NCBI GenBank assembly: GCA_963735445.1
Contig: CAVTLC010000048.1
Location: 5,721 to 69,720 of the forward strand
Origin: an uncultured Alphaproteobacteria bacterium
GTDB taxonomy: Bacteria; Pseudomonadota; Alphaproteobacteria; ATCC43930; CGMCC-115725
Direction of reading: 5' to 3'
DNA: 64,000 nt
Part shown: positions 38,933 through 48,833 of the stretch, piece by piece
Numbering within the stretch: the first letter of the stretch is position 1
Layout: each line of letters opens with the position of its first letter
Made by a program: the position numbers and the translations under genes
Notes under the pieces: generated by a model
Told to the model about the DNA's origin: nothing
The model's database searches: none
What the model saw: only the letters and a program-made list of their open reading frames with translations

Positions 38933-40390
38933 ATGCAGGGCGCGCGCACAACGACGGTCGGAGGCGGCACCGCCAAGGGCTCGTGGAGCGAGATTTTTCG
39001 CGACGGGCTCGGGCTTTATTCGGCGCTGATCATTGGCGGCATCGCGATGAACGCGACCCAGATGCTGGTCATCGCGATCATCATGCCGACCATTGTTCGC
39101 GATATCGGCGGGGCGAGCTTCTACACCTGGGCGGCGATGCTTTACACGATCGGCGCGATCGTCGGCGGCGCTTCGACCGCGATGGTGTGGTCGCGTCTCG
39201 GCGCCCGGCGCGCTTATACGCTCGGCGCCGGGGTGTTCGCGCTTGGCACGGTGTGCTGTGCCCTGGCGCCGGATATCGGCTCACTGATCGCCGCGCGCAG
39301 CGTCCAGGGATGGGCCGGGGGCCTCGTCTCGGGGAGCGGTATGGCGCTGATCGCGAGCCTGTACGACGCGCGCCTGCGGACCCGCATCATCGCGATCTCC
39401 CAGGGCACCTTCACCGCCTGTCATCTCAGCGGACCGATTGTCGGCGGGATGTTTGCGGCGATGCATTGGTGGCGTGGCTCGTTCTGGATGATGGCGCCGC
39501 TGATGCTGGTATTTGCCGGTCTCGCCTATTGGAAGATCCCCGACCGGCTCGACCGCGAGAGCGAAGGCAAGCGCTTCGCCCGAGTGCCGTTTCTCCGGTT
39601 CGGGACCTTGGCCGCCGGGGTGCTGTGCGTCGCGGCCAGCGGATCGGTGTCGGGTACTGCAGCGCGCATCCTGTTGATTACCGCTGCGATAGCACTCGTC
39701 GGCGTGACCTTCTGGCTCGACCGGCGGGCGGCCAATAATCTGTTTCCGCGTGGCGCTCTGTCGCTCACCGCGCCGATCGGGTTGGCCTTATGGATCCTGG
39801 CGTTGCACGGGATGACCCAGACCTCGGTGACGTTGTTTTTACCGTTGTTGCTGCAGGTCGTGCATCACGTGTCGCCGCTTGTGATCAACTTTCTCAGCAT
39901 CGTCATTTCGCTGGGTTGGACTACCGGCACCTTCACCGTTTCGGGGTGGTCGGGAAAACGTGAGCGTCTGGCGCTCGTCTCGGGGCCGGTCCTTGCTACG
40001 ACCGGGCTCGCCTGTCTGACCGCGGTAGCCTTACTGCCGGGACTGGCGCTGATGACGATAAGCGCTTTCGCGATGGGGATCGGCATCGGCATTTACAACG
40101 TGCATCTCGTTGCGCGCGCGATGGACAGCGTGACCGCCGACGAACATCGCAGCACCGCATCGGCCCTGGCTTCTATACGCGCGATCGGTACCGCCTTTGG
40201 CGCGGCGATTGCGGGGGTGGTGGCGAATGTTGCGGGGCTCGGCAACGCCACCCAACCGGCGGCGGTCGGCCATGCCGTGACCGCGGTCTATATGTTCTGC
40301 TGCATCCCGTTCGGGCTCGCCGCACTCTTAATGTTCCGCTTTGTCCGCATCACCCTCGGCAAGCCGGAGATGCGGCTCCCGCGGGATTAG
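38933..40390 (+). CDS. MFS transporter (14-TMS DHA2/EmrB-like)
   Basis: About 14 hydrophobic segments. Motifs GASTAMVWSRLGARRAY and ARSVQGWAGG. The ORF opens at 38891 (TTG); ATG at 38933. Confidence 0.8.
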   Translation: MQGARTTTVGGGTAKGSWSEIFRDGLGLYSALIIGGIAMNATQMLVIAIIMPTIVRDIGGASFYTWAAMLYTIGAIVGGASTAMVWSRLGARRAYTLGAGVFALGTVCCALAPDIGSLIAARSVQGWAGGLVSGSGMALIASLYDARLRTRIIAISQGTFTACHLSGPIVGGMFAAMHWWRGSFWMMAPLMLVFAGLAYWKIPDRLDRESEGKRFARVPFLRFGTLAAGVLCVAASGSVSGTAARILLITAAIALVGVTFWLDRRAANNLFPRGALSLTAPIGLALWILALHGMTQTSVTLFLPLLLQVVHHVSPLVINFLSIVISLGWTTGTFTVSGWSGKRERLALVSGPVLATTGLACLTAVALLPGLALMTISAFAMGIGIGIYNVHLVARAMDSVTADEHRSTASALASIRAIGTAFGAAIAGVVANVAGLGNATQPAAVGHAVTAVYMFCCIPFGLAALLMFRFVRITLGKPEMRLPRD

Positions 40391-40773
40391 AGCGGCGTGC
40401 GCATTAGGCGGGTGAGCCCGTAATTCGATTACCTTGCTCGCCTGTACCGACCCCACTGAGCGCGGCTGTAGGAGTCTCAGCATGTTCTTGGCGCCAAAGC
40501 CGCGCGGGTCAGATGCGGAGCGGCACCGAAGTCCCGGTGCTCGGTTATTGCCCGCGGCCTGATCTCTGGGCGCAAATAGACCGGCCACACGCCAAACCAC
40601 CCCATCACGCAGTCGCTCGCGCGATGCCTGAGGTTGATTTGGATCAATTCGTCGGGATTTAAGATCGCTAGCTTAGGGACCAGACGGTCCGAACTCTACT
40701 CACTCAGATCGTCCCTACTATCGAACCCGGTTCCCACTGGGGTCGCTTTTTCACCAAATGGCGCAAATTCCGC

Positions 40774-41136
40774 ATGCCGAGTGCCAGTCTTAAAACGGTG
40801 ATCCTGCCGGTCGCTCTCTTGGCCACTATCGCGTTCGCGGCCAATGCCGAGGAGGGTGCCGGGGATGCGCAGACCGGGCGTGTCTTTGCTAAGCGTGTGT
40901 GTTCCCCATGCCACGCCGTCGAACCCGACCCGCACGCGCCGCGGATGTTCGACATCGGTCCGGATTTCGAGACTGTCGCCAACACGCCCGGCATGACCGC
41001 GACAGCGCTCAACGCCTTCTTGCTGACCTCACACCCGAAGATGCCGAATTTGATCTTGTCGCCCGAGCAATCGGCAGATGTAATCGCCTATATCCTCACC
41101 TTGCGCGGCCGCCCGGACAGTCAGAAACCGAAATAA
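40774..41136 (+). CDS. monohaem c-type cytochrome (class I)
   Basis: 120 aa. Signal peptide (LLATIAFAANA), haem-binding CSPCHAV, and a distal Met candidate in SHPKMPN. Confidence 0.8.
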   Translation: MPSASLKTVILPVALLATIAFAANAEEGAGDAQTGRVFAKRVCSPCHAVEPDPHAPRMFDIGPDFETVANTPGMTATALNAFLLTSHPKMPNLILSPEQSADVIAYILTLRGRPDSQKPK

Positions 41137-41173
41137 AACGCACTCTCTCGCATGTTCCGCCGTGAACCGCGGG

Positions 41174-42337
41174 TCAGAAGGCGCCGAATCCGAGGATGCC
41201 GTCGATGGGGTCAAAACCGGCAATGACGCGCTTGCCGATCAGATCGCGCAGGGTCTCGCTGGTGCCGCCGCCCAAGGTCCCGTAGCGAGCGCCGCGATAA
41301 AAGCGCGACACCGGGAATTCGTCGGTAAAGCCATAACCGCCGTGAACCTGGATTGCCTCGCTCGTCACCTTCAGCGCCATTTCATTGCAGGTGACCTTGG
41401 CGACCGCGGCCAATAGCGGGTCAGGGAATGGGTCGGCGGTGGCGCATGCGCGATAAAGCACGCTGCGCGCCGCCTCGATCTCGCGGTACATTTCGGCAAT
41501 CTTCCAGCGCATCCCTTGGAAGTCGCCGATTGCACGGCCAAACGCCGTGCGCTCCTTGACGTATTTGACCGCCTCTTCAAACGCCCCCTCGGCGAGACCC
41601 AACGATATGCTGGGGTTCAGGCAGCGCTGGGTGTTGAACGCGGACAACAATTTTCGAAAGCCGTCCTCAAGCACGAGATTTTCGGGCGGCAGTTCACAAT
41701 CCTCAAACCGGATTTCATGCAGGTTTTCGCCGCCCATCGTGTGATAGGTGCCGGTGACCGAAAACCCGGGCGTGCCCTTTTCGACGAGAACGCAGCCGAT
41801 GCCTTCCCGCCCCGGCTTCTTGTCGATGCGGGTGAAGACGACGAACATACCGGCTTCCTCCGCGCGGCTGATCAAGGTCTTGACCCCGTTAAGCCGCAGC
41901 CGATTGCCCACCCGGTCGACATTGGTCTTGTAATTGGCGACGTCGGTGCCGGCGTCGGGCTCGGTCATACAGATCGCGAGCAGGCAATCGCCGCTAGCGA
42001 CTGCCGGTAGGATGCGCTGTTTGATCGGTTCCGGCGCGTAAACCGAGATGATCCGGGTCTGGACCCCGACCTCGCCGAGCACCGCCATCGCCGTCACGTA
42101 ACAGACCTTGGCGATCTCTTCGAGCACCAGTGCGGTGTCGAACACCGGCAGCCCGAGGCCGCCATATTCCTCGGGCACCGCCATGCCAAGCACGCCCAAC
42201 TCGGCGAGCCGTCGCATGTTCTCCCACGGAAAAGCGCCGTTCATGTAATCCTGCGCGCGGGCGCGGAATTCGCCCTGCGCCAGCTCGCGCACGGTGCCGA
42301 TAAATTGGCGCTGCTCGTCGGACAAGCTCGTGAACAC
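41174..42337 (-). CDS. acyl-CoA dehydrogenase
   Basis: 387 aa with canonical ACAD layout. CMTEPDAGTD, QVHGGYGFTDEFPVSRFYRGARYGTLGGGTSE. Confidence 0.9.
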   Translation of the reverse strand: MFTSLSDEQRQFIGTVRELAQGEFRARAQDYMNGAFPWENMRRLAELGVLGMAVPEEYGGLGLPVFDTALVLEEIAKVCYVTAMAVLGEVGVQTRIISVYAPEPIKQRILPAVASGDCLLAICMTEPDAGTDVANYKTNVDRVGNRLRLNGVKTLISRAEEAGMFVVFTRIDKKPGREGIGCVLVEKGTPGFSVTGTYHTMGGENLHEIRFEDCELPPENLVLEDGFRKLLSAFNTQRCLNPSISLGLAEGAFEEAVKYVKERTAFGRAIGDFQGMRWKIAEMYREIEAARSVLYRACATADPFPDPLLAAVAKVTCNEMALKVTSEAIQVHGGYGFTDEFPVSRFYRGARYGTLGGGTSETLRDLIGKRVIAGFDPIDGILGFGAF

Positions 42338-42353
42338 GGGTTCCCCCTGGCTT

Positions 42354-43076
42354 TTAGATCAGGCCGAGATCGCGCAGGCTGGTGTGGCGGTTGCGGCCGA
42401 TAATTAGATGATCGTGGAGGACAACACCAAGCGGGGCGGCGGCCTTTTTGATGTCCTGGGTCACGGCGATATCGGCCTTAGATGGAGTGGGATCACCCGA
42501 CGGGTGGTTGTGCACCAGGATCAATGCCGAGGCACCGAGATCGAGCGCCCGCTTGACGACCTCGCGCGGGTAGACCGGAGTGTGATCGACTGTGCCGCGC
42601 TGCTGGCGCTCATGTTTAATCAGCACGTTCTTGCGGTCGAGAAATAGGATATGGAATTCCTCGATCTTGCCGTGCGCGACGTGGGCGCTGCAATAATCGA
42701 TCAGTTGATCCCAGGAGCTGACGACCGGCCGATCCTGCAATTCGCCACGCATCAGCCGTAATGCTGCCTCGCGCACCGACTTGATTGCTGCGACGCCGGC
42801 CGATCCGAGCCCGGCCGCGAACAGCGCGTCCGGTTCAGCGCTGACCACCGCGGCAAAACCGCCGAAATGGTCGAGAAGTTCTTTCGCGAGAGGCTTGACG
42901 TCGCCGCGCGGGTTGCTCGCGAACAAAATGACTTCCAACAATTCGTAATCGGGCAGCGCTTCTGCCCCGGCCTCGATCAAGCGCTGACGCAGCCTTTCGC
43001 GGTGGCCGACGTAATGGGGCGCATCGGTTGCCGCTTCTCCGAGCTGCTTTGGCTTGCGCCGGCGGGCGGTCGCCAT
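42354..43076 (-). CDS. radC: RadC-family JAB/MPN-domain protein
   Basis: 240 aa. HRERLRQRL...ELLEVIL N-terminal HhH region and the JAMM motif LILVHNHPSGDPTPSKADI. Confidence 0.9.
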   Translation of the reverse strand: MATARRRKPKQLGEAATDAPHYVGHRERLRQRLIEAGAEALPDYELLEVILFASNPRGDVKPLAKELLDHFGGFAAVVSAEPDALFAAGLGSAGVAAIKSVREAALRLMRGELQDRPVVSSWDQLIDYCSAHVAHGKIEEFHILFLDRKNVLIKHERQQRGTVDHTPVYPREVVKRALDLGASALILVHNHPSGDPTPSKADIAVTQDIKKAAAPLGVVLHDHLIIGRNRHTSLRDLGLI

Positions 43077-43879
43077 TATCCGGGACTACCGCTGCGCCGG
43101 CGGTCGCGCAGCCGGGCGAGCGCCATCCCCGCCATGCGCGCCGGCTCGTCGCTATCGAAGGCGCTGACAAAGGCGTCGATCCCGCGCGTGATCGCCGCTT
43201 CGGCCGGCAATTCTTCCCATTCGAGGATCAACGACTTTTGCAACCGGATCGCGAGCGGTCCGGCGGCGAGGATCGGCTGCGCCAAGCGCGCTACCGCCTC
43301 GTCGAGGCCGTCAGCCGGGGCAACACTATCGATCAGCCCCCAGGCCAATGCCTCGGCGGCACCGATCGTCTCGCCTGATAGTAATAGTCGGCGGGCGCGG
43401 CCTTGGCCGATCAATTTCGGCAACAGCGCTGCTTCGACGACTGAGGGAATGCCGATCGCCACCTCCGGCATGCCAAAGGCCGAAGTCTCGCTTGCGACGC
43501 GCAAATCGCAGGCAGCGGCGAGTTCGAGACCGGCGCCCAGCGCGTAGCCATCGATGCGCGCGATCACCGGCGCCGGCAGATGACGGAACGCGGCGCAGCA
43601 GTGATGGACGAGGGTGATGAAACGGCGGGCGCTGGCGTGATCGAGCGCGGCGATCTCGGCAATGTCGGCGCCGCCGACAAAGGCGCGACCGCCGGCGCCG
43701 GTCAGGATCGCGAGCCGCAAATCAGGGTCGGCCGCCACCCCGGTCATCTTGTCGATGATCTCTTGCATCAGCCCCGAATTGAGGCTGTTGAGCTTGGCGG
43801 CGTTATCGATCGTCAGCCGGGCGACCTGGCCGCCCTCGGGTCGTTCCTCGTATTCGACGCGAAAATGACCGGCCGCCAT
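43076..43879 (-). CDS. enoyl-CoA hydratase/isomerase (crotonase) family protein
   Basis: FVGGADIAEI...IDGYALGAGLELAAACDLRVAS. The ATG at 43879 (MAAGHF...) avoids overlap with the upstream gene; the ORF opens at 43942. Confidence 0.85.
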   Translation of the reverse strand: MAAGHFRVEYEERPEGGQVARLTIDNAAKLNSLNSGLMQEIIDKMTGVAADPDLRLAILTGAGGRAFVGGADIAEIAALDHASARRFITLVHHCCAAFRHLPAPVIARIDGYALGAGLELAAACDLRVASETSAFGMPEVAIGIPSVVEAALLPKLIGQGRARRLLLSGETIGAAEALAWGLIDSVAPADGLDEAVARLAQPILAAGPLAIRLQKSLILEWEELPAEAAITRGIDAFVSAFDSDEPARMAGMALARLRDRRRSGSPG

Positions 43880-43881
43880 CT

Positions 43882-44829
43882 TTAGCCTGCCAATTGGTTT
43901 GAACGCCCGCGCTCCAGCCCGGCGCAGGCGAGTTGCAGGCATTTGTGCATGACGGTGCCGGCGAGATACGCGGTCATCCCGGCGCTGTCATGCGGCGGGC
44001 TCACGGTGTTGACATCGAAGGCGACAAGGTCGAGTTCGGCGAGCCCGTCGAGGATCGCCAAACCCTCTTTGGCGCTGAGCCCGCCCCAACTCGGGGTGCA
44101 AACTCCCGGCGCCACCGACGGGTCGAACACATCCATGTCAAAGCAAAGGTAAACCGGGCGCCGCGCGAGCCGCTGGCGGATATGCGCGAGAACCGCCGGT
44201 ATCCCAAGGCTTTCGAGCTCGACCCCGGGGATCAGTTCATAGCCCCAATTGCGGGTGTATTCGAACAGGCCGGGCAGCGCCACCGCACCGCGCGCGCCGA
44301 GATGGATCGAGTTCTTGGCGTCAACGACGCCCTCCTCGGCGGCGCGGGTAAAGGTGGTCGCGTTGGTGAACTTGCTCTCGCCGTCATCGGGATAGGTGTC
44401 GGTATGCGCGTCGATGTGCAACACGACAAGATCGGATTGATACCGATGCAAGGCGCGCAATTGCGGCAGGGTCACCGCACCGTCGCCACCCATCGTCACC
44501 GGAACGGCGCCGGCTTCGACGATTTCCGCGACCGCCTCCTCGATGTTTTCGAACGCCTCGGTAACATAGCCAGAGCGCAATTTTACATTGCCGTAATCGA
44601 CGAGGCCGAGCCGTGCGACGGGATCGTAATCACGAACTGGCGGCTCGTAGCGCCGGATCAGGCCTGAGTGCTCGCGGATCGAATTCGGCCCGAGCCGCGC
44701 CCCAATGCGCGTCGGGTGAAACCCGCAATCGAACGGAATGCCGAGCACGGCCGCTTTGCTCGCCGACAGATCGCGCGAGGCGGGCACGCCCATGAAGGTC
44801 CCAACCGCTTCGACCGCGCGAGCCTCCAT
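43882..44829 (-). CDS. ureohydrolase-family enzyme (agmatinase/guanidino-acid hydrolase-like)
   Basis: Mn-binding signatures GGDGAVTLP, HIDAHTDTY and CFDMDVFDPSVAPGV. Confidence 0.85.
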   Translation of the reverse strand: MEARAVEAVGTFMGVPASRDLSASKAAVLGIPFDCGFHPTRIGARLGPNSIREHSGLIRRYEPPVRDYDPVARLGLVDYGNVKLRSGYVTEAFENIEEAVAEIVEAGAVPVTMGGDGAVTLPQLRALHRYQSDLVVLHIDAHTDTYPDDGESKFTNATTFTRAAEEGVVDAKNSIHLGARGAVALPGLFEYTRNWGYELIPGVELESLGIPAVLAHIRQRLARRPVYLCFDMDVFDPSVAPGVCTPSWGGLSAKEGLAILDGLAELDLVAFDVNTVSPPHDSAGMTAYLAGTVMHKCLQLACAGLERGRSNQLAG

Positions 44830-44925
44830 GCCCCAGCCTCATCCCACTAATTTCCGACTGATACTCGTGCTGGAGGCCAATGCCAATGGCGCTTTCACCT
44901 TTGCTCCCGCATACTAGCGCGTGCG

Positions 44926-45555
44926 TTGCAAAGGAGACGGCTGGTGGACACGATCGAGAGCCCGCAGCAACTACGCGAAATCTATGGTGAGCCGATGGAG
45001 CGGGCCGTCAAAAAGCAATTGACCCGGCTCGACCGGCATTGCCGCAATTTCATCGCCATGTCGCCCTTTCTGGTGATCGCGTCATCGGACCCATCGGGGC
45101 GCTGCGACGCGTCACCCAAAGGCGACGCCCCGGGCTTTGTCCGGGTTATCGACGACACGACCTTGTTAATCCCCGATCGCCTCGGGAACAACCGCGTCGA
45201 CACCTTAGGCAATCTGCTAACGCGGCCCGGCGTCGGGCTGATCTTTTTTGTACCGGGGATCAACGAGACCCTGCGCGTCAACGGTCGCGCTACCGTGACG
45301 ACCGATTTCGCGATCCTCGAACCGCTCGCGGTCAATGGCAAGGCGCCGCGCAGTGGCATCCTGGTCGCCGCCGAGGAGATTTATTTTCACTGCGGCAAGG
45401 CGCTGATCCGCTCCGATTTATGGAACCCGGAGAAGCATGTCGCGCGCGGTGAATGGCCATCGCTCGGCCGCATTATCGCCGAGCAAGTCGGCGGCATGGA
45501 CCCCGACGAAGCCGAGCGCCAAACCGCCGAAAGCTACCGAACGCGCCTCTACTGA
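44926..45555 (+). CDS. pyridoxamine 5'-phosphate oxidase-related FMN-binding protein
   Basis: 209 aa with a TTG start. SPKGDAPGFVRVID...NRVDTLGNLL...GVGLIFFVPG..ETLRVNGRA is typical of PPOX-class split-barrel proteins. Confidence 0.7.
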   Translation: MQRRRLVDTIESPQQLREIYGEPMERAVKKQLTRLDRHCRNFIAMSPFLVIASSDPSGRCDASPKGDAPGFVRVIDDTTLLIPDRLGNNRVDTLGNLLTRPGVGLIFFVPGINETLRVNGRATVTTDFAILEPLAVNGKAPRSGILVAAEEIYFHCGKALIRSDLWNPEKHVARGEWPSLGRIIAEQVGGMDPDEAERQTAESYRTRLY

Positions 45556-45721
45556 CCCTCCCTGCCCGCGTCGGAATTCACAATGCTATTTACCGCGGAC
45601 TGAGGTCGCAGCGCGCTTTCGACGGCTCCGCGCCGGTCGGAGTGGGAATGCGGCCCTCGGCGTGCGCCGCTGGCGACCGGATGCTGCTCAACTACCGGTT
45701 CGGCAAACGGTCGATTTGCTG

Positions 45722-46579
45722 CTAGGGGCGGACGACCGGGCCGCGTGAATCGGGGACGGTGGCCGCCTTCTCCTTCCAGTCCTTCGACCAAGGTGTCACC
45801 GGCTTTGGCACGGTCTTGCCATCGACCCGAATTTCGTCGACATGCTCGTTGTAGAAACAGAGATAGCCCTTGATTTTGGGACATTCCGGGATCGGGTCGG
45901 GATAGCTCCAGACGATGTCCTCATAGAGCCGGTCGCCGATCTTGGCCGAGTAATACCGCGCCTTGCCTTTGTAAGGGCAGGCCGTCGTCTTGTCGCTCGG
46001 GATCAGTAGATCCATGCGCACGTCTTCAGGCGGGATGTAGTAGCGGGTCGGCAACCGCGTTTCGAACAGAAACCGGGCGCGCCGTGTCTCGGCAAGAACT
46101 TCACCGCCGAGAATAACCTGCACCGGCCGTGAGGACTGGATCACGTCGACGCGCTTGTAAGGGTCGCGAGGGTGAACAAAGATCTCTTCATCCTCCTCGT
46201 ACCAATGATCAACTCGATCCCAGTAGAACGCGACGAAATCACCGATCTCGGCGACCTCCTCGAACGGGTCGGGATAACCCCAGACAGCGTTTTCTGAGGC
46301 CTTGTCGCCGACTTTTATCGTCCAGTATGACGCAGTCCCCTTATACGGACAGAAAGTGTGGTGGTCGGTTGGCGTCATCAGATCGAGCCGCACATCCGAC
46401 CGAGGAAAATAATACACCGGCAGGTGCCGGGTTTCGAACAGCAGACGAGCATTGGTGCTGTCGGCGATGGTTTCGCCGTTGAATGTGACCCGCACGCGAC
46501 GGGGCGAAGGCTCGAAGGTTATCTTGTAGTCGGGATTGGTCTTGAACCCGGATTCGCGCGTCTGCGGTGCGGCTGACAT
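45722..46579 (-). CDS. tandem DUF427-domain protein
   Basis: Two repeats of the pattern VRVTFNGETIADS...YYFPRSDV...FCPYKGTASYW / VILGGEVLAET...YYIPPEDV...ACPYKGKARYY, each followed by (N/D)(A/I)VWxYPDP. AGGAGG lies upstream of the ATG at 46579. Confidence 0.75.
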   Translation of the reverse strand: MSAAPQTRESGFKTNPDYKITFEPSPRRVRVTFNGETIADSTNARLLFETRHLPVYYFPRSDVRLDLMTPTDHHTFCPYKGTASYWTIKVGDKASENAVWGYPDPFEEVAEIGDFVAFYWDRVDHWYEEDEEIFVHPRDPYKRVDVIQSSRPVQVILGGEVLAETRRARFLFETRLPTRYYIPPEDVRMDLLIPSDKTTACPYKGKARYYSAKIGDRLYEDIVWSYPDPIPECPKIKGYLCFYNEHVDEIRVDGKTVPKPVTPWSKDWKEKAATVPDSRGPVVRP

Positions 46580-46697
46580 GATCGGGGCCTCCTTGTTCGC
46601 CTCGCCGGCCGAAATAGTGCGGTCGCGCAAACTTCCGCGCCGCTCTCGCCGGCCGCTCCCATTATATAAGCCGCGCTCTCGCGATGAAACCGAAGCG

Positions 46698-47189
46698 TCA
46701 GTCGGCGCCCTCGGCCGGGTCTGTCGAGTTTACACCCTCGGCTTCCGCTGCTTGTTCGATCAAATTGGCCTTCATCGCGATCATCATATCGAGAAGCAGG
46801 TCGCGGTCAGGCTCCGGGATGCCGGCAAGCGCATCTTCGCGGACCTCGGCAGCAAGCGCGAAAATCCGGTCGAGCAGTGGGTAAGCGGCTTCGGTCAGAT
46901 AAAGCAGGTGGGCGCGTCGATCCTTCGGATCGGGGCGGCGCTCGATAAGGCTGGCCGCCTGTAACCGATCGAGCAGCCGGGCTAGTGTGATCGGCTCCAA
47001 TTCCAGGATTTGCGCCAGGCTGACTTGATTGATGCCCTCCTGGCGCGCGAGGTTGGCGAGCACCGCGGCTTGCGCCCGGGTCAAGCCCAGCGAGGCGGCG
47101 CGCGCGCGCTGCTCGAACCGTTTGCGCATCAGACGCGCGACGTCGTTAAGGACAAAACCCAGGGTGCGGCTCGGGATTTCCTGGATCAT
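46698..47189 (-). CDS. MarR-family transcriptional regulator
   Basis: 163 aa. Winged-HTH region LTRAQAAVLANLARQEGINQVSLAQILELEPITLARLLDRLQAASLIERRPDPKDRR. Confidence 0.9.
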   Translation of the reverse strand: MIQEIPSRTLGFVLNDVARLMRKRFEQRARAASLGLTRAQAAVLANLARQEGINQVSLAQILELEPITLARLLDRLQAASLIERRPDPKDRRAHLLYLTEAAYPLLDRIFALAAEVREDALAGIPEPDRDLLLDMMIAMKANLIEQAAEAEGVNSTDPAEGAD

Positions 47190-47203
47190 CGCGATCCCCG
47201 CAG

Positions 47204-47537
47204 TTGATCTCGGATATTAATCACATCCTGGCCATGGGCGGTTGTTATACTGGTCTCTTAGAGTTTTCCCTTGCAGGACGTGCTGATCCCGCTGTTTTCC
47301 TGGACGTGGCGATCACGCTCTCTGAATCCGCTGATGAGCGTTATGCGTGGCCAAAACCCACCGTGGGACGTGCACTGCCTCTACAATCAGGAGACTGAGG
47401 AGCAGCCGCAGCTCTACTTCTCGCACCAGCTCAAGATCGGCACCGACCCCTATGAGCTGGCGCGCGAGGTTCGGGCCGGTCTCGATCAGACCAATTCGCA
47501 AGGGAGCCCATATCCCCCGCGCAACAGCCAACGCTAA
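47204..47537 (+). pseudogene. possible small hypothetical gene divergent from marR, split by one frameshift
   Basis: ORFs 47204..47398 and 47271..47537 both read protein-like (..ILAMGGCYTGLLEF..ERYAWPKP / PPWDVHCLYNQETEEQPQLYFSHQLKIGTDPYELAREVRAG). No family recognised. Confidence 0.3.
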
Positions 47538-47996
47538 CATAAAGCAGCCAGATGGCTGATGCCTGGACCGCAGACCGAAGGCAGCGGCAGCATAGGCTCG
47601 GGCTCTGGTCGATGCCGGTGGTGCAGGGGCAGACTGCACCCCGGCGCACAATCAGGCTGAACATACCTCGTATGTAAGCCGCGCGGCCGACAAGTTGCGG
47701 CGCGCCTAGCAAGCTCGGCCAGATACCGGGACTCATCAGGTCACCGTCAGCCCGCACATCATAGATGATGCCCCGGCGCGCGAAGCGGCGGCTCGAAGCG
47801 CGATCTGAGGTGACCACCAGATAGAAGTAAAAGCTTCTTCGAAGGCCGCCAACGTTGTCGAGTTGACCCGTCACTTTGTCGTGACCGGACCTTCCCTAAC
47901 GACCTGACTCGATACAAAATCTGACGCGATCGACACTCGGTCTGCATTGCACGCATACTCGTGCAATCGCTGGACTGTACGACTACGGAAGTCGAC

Positions 47997-48833
47997 ATGG
48001 GTATGCTACTGTCACAGGTAAGGCGGTATGTCGTATCTCTCGAGGTTCTCGTCTGTCCGGTCTTGGCTCTGTTGGCGTTAGGGTCATTGCTTGGCCTCGC
48101 CTCTCCGGCGCACGCCGATTACCCGGTGGCGCCCGATGTGGTCGTGTTTTGCGAGCCGACACTGCAGCACGTGGTCGCCGATATCGGGGCATTGTGGCGC
48201 GCGCGGACCGGCATCAAAGTCCGCGTCTTCACCTCGCCGACCCCGGCTTTGCTGCAGCAGATCGCGCATCATGCCCGCGATGACGTCGTTATCGGCGAGG
48301 GTGATGCGGAAGCTGATGCTGCCGCCGACCAACATCTGATCAAGAAGGAGACCGTCGAGCGCGTCTGGAGCAATCATCTCGTCGTCGCGTCGCTTTCCGG
48401 CGGCTCAGATGGTGCCGATGGTGGGTCACCCTCAGCCGACAAACTGGCAGCAGTCGCCGGCAAGGAACCGATTGCCGTTGTCGATCCGTGGGCGGCAACA
48501 GCCGGCGCCGATAGTCAAAAGGCGTTGCAATCGCTCGGCCTGTGGCAGGCGGTCAGCGCCAAGTCGATGGGCGTCGTCGGTACTGCGGACGCGGCCTACC
48601 TCTTGGCGCAGGGTAAGGTGAAGCTCGCGATTATCTATGCCACCGATGTCGCCGCCAACCCGGCATTCACGGTTGCCGAGCCCTTGCCGGCGGCGGGCTA
48701 TCCGCCAGTCGTCTATTGGGTCGCGCAGACCGAACACGCGTTGAGCCCGAATGCTTCGAAGTTTGTCACATTTTTGCGGTCCGCCGACGCGCAGCAAAGG
48801 GCCCGCGCCGACGGATTGGAGATTTTGCCGTGA
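47997..48833 (+). CDS. periplasmic substrate-binding protein, ModA (molybdate/tungstate-binding) family-like
   Basis: Signal peptide ...LLGLASPAHA. VVVFCEPTLQHVVADIGALWRARTGIKVRVFTSPTPALLQQI ... KLAIIYATDV follows the ModA fold pattern. The start is uncertain (ORF opens at 47961). Confidence 0.7.
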   Translation: MGMLLSQVRRYVVSLEVLVCPVLALLALGSLLGLASPAHADYPVAPDVVVFCEPTLQHVVADIGALWRARTGIKVRVFTSPTPALLQQIAHHARDDVVIGEGDAEADAAADQHLIKKETVERVWSNHLVVASLSGGSDGADGGSPSADKLAAVAGKEPIAVVDPWAATAGADSQKALQSLGLWQAVSAKSMGVVGTADAAYLLAQGKVKLAIIYATDVAANPAFTVAEPLPAAGYPPVVYWVAQTEHALSPNASKFVTFLRSADAQQRARADGLEILP

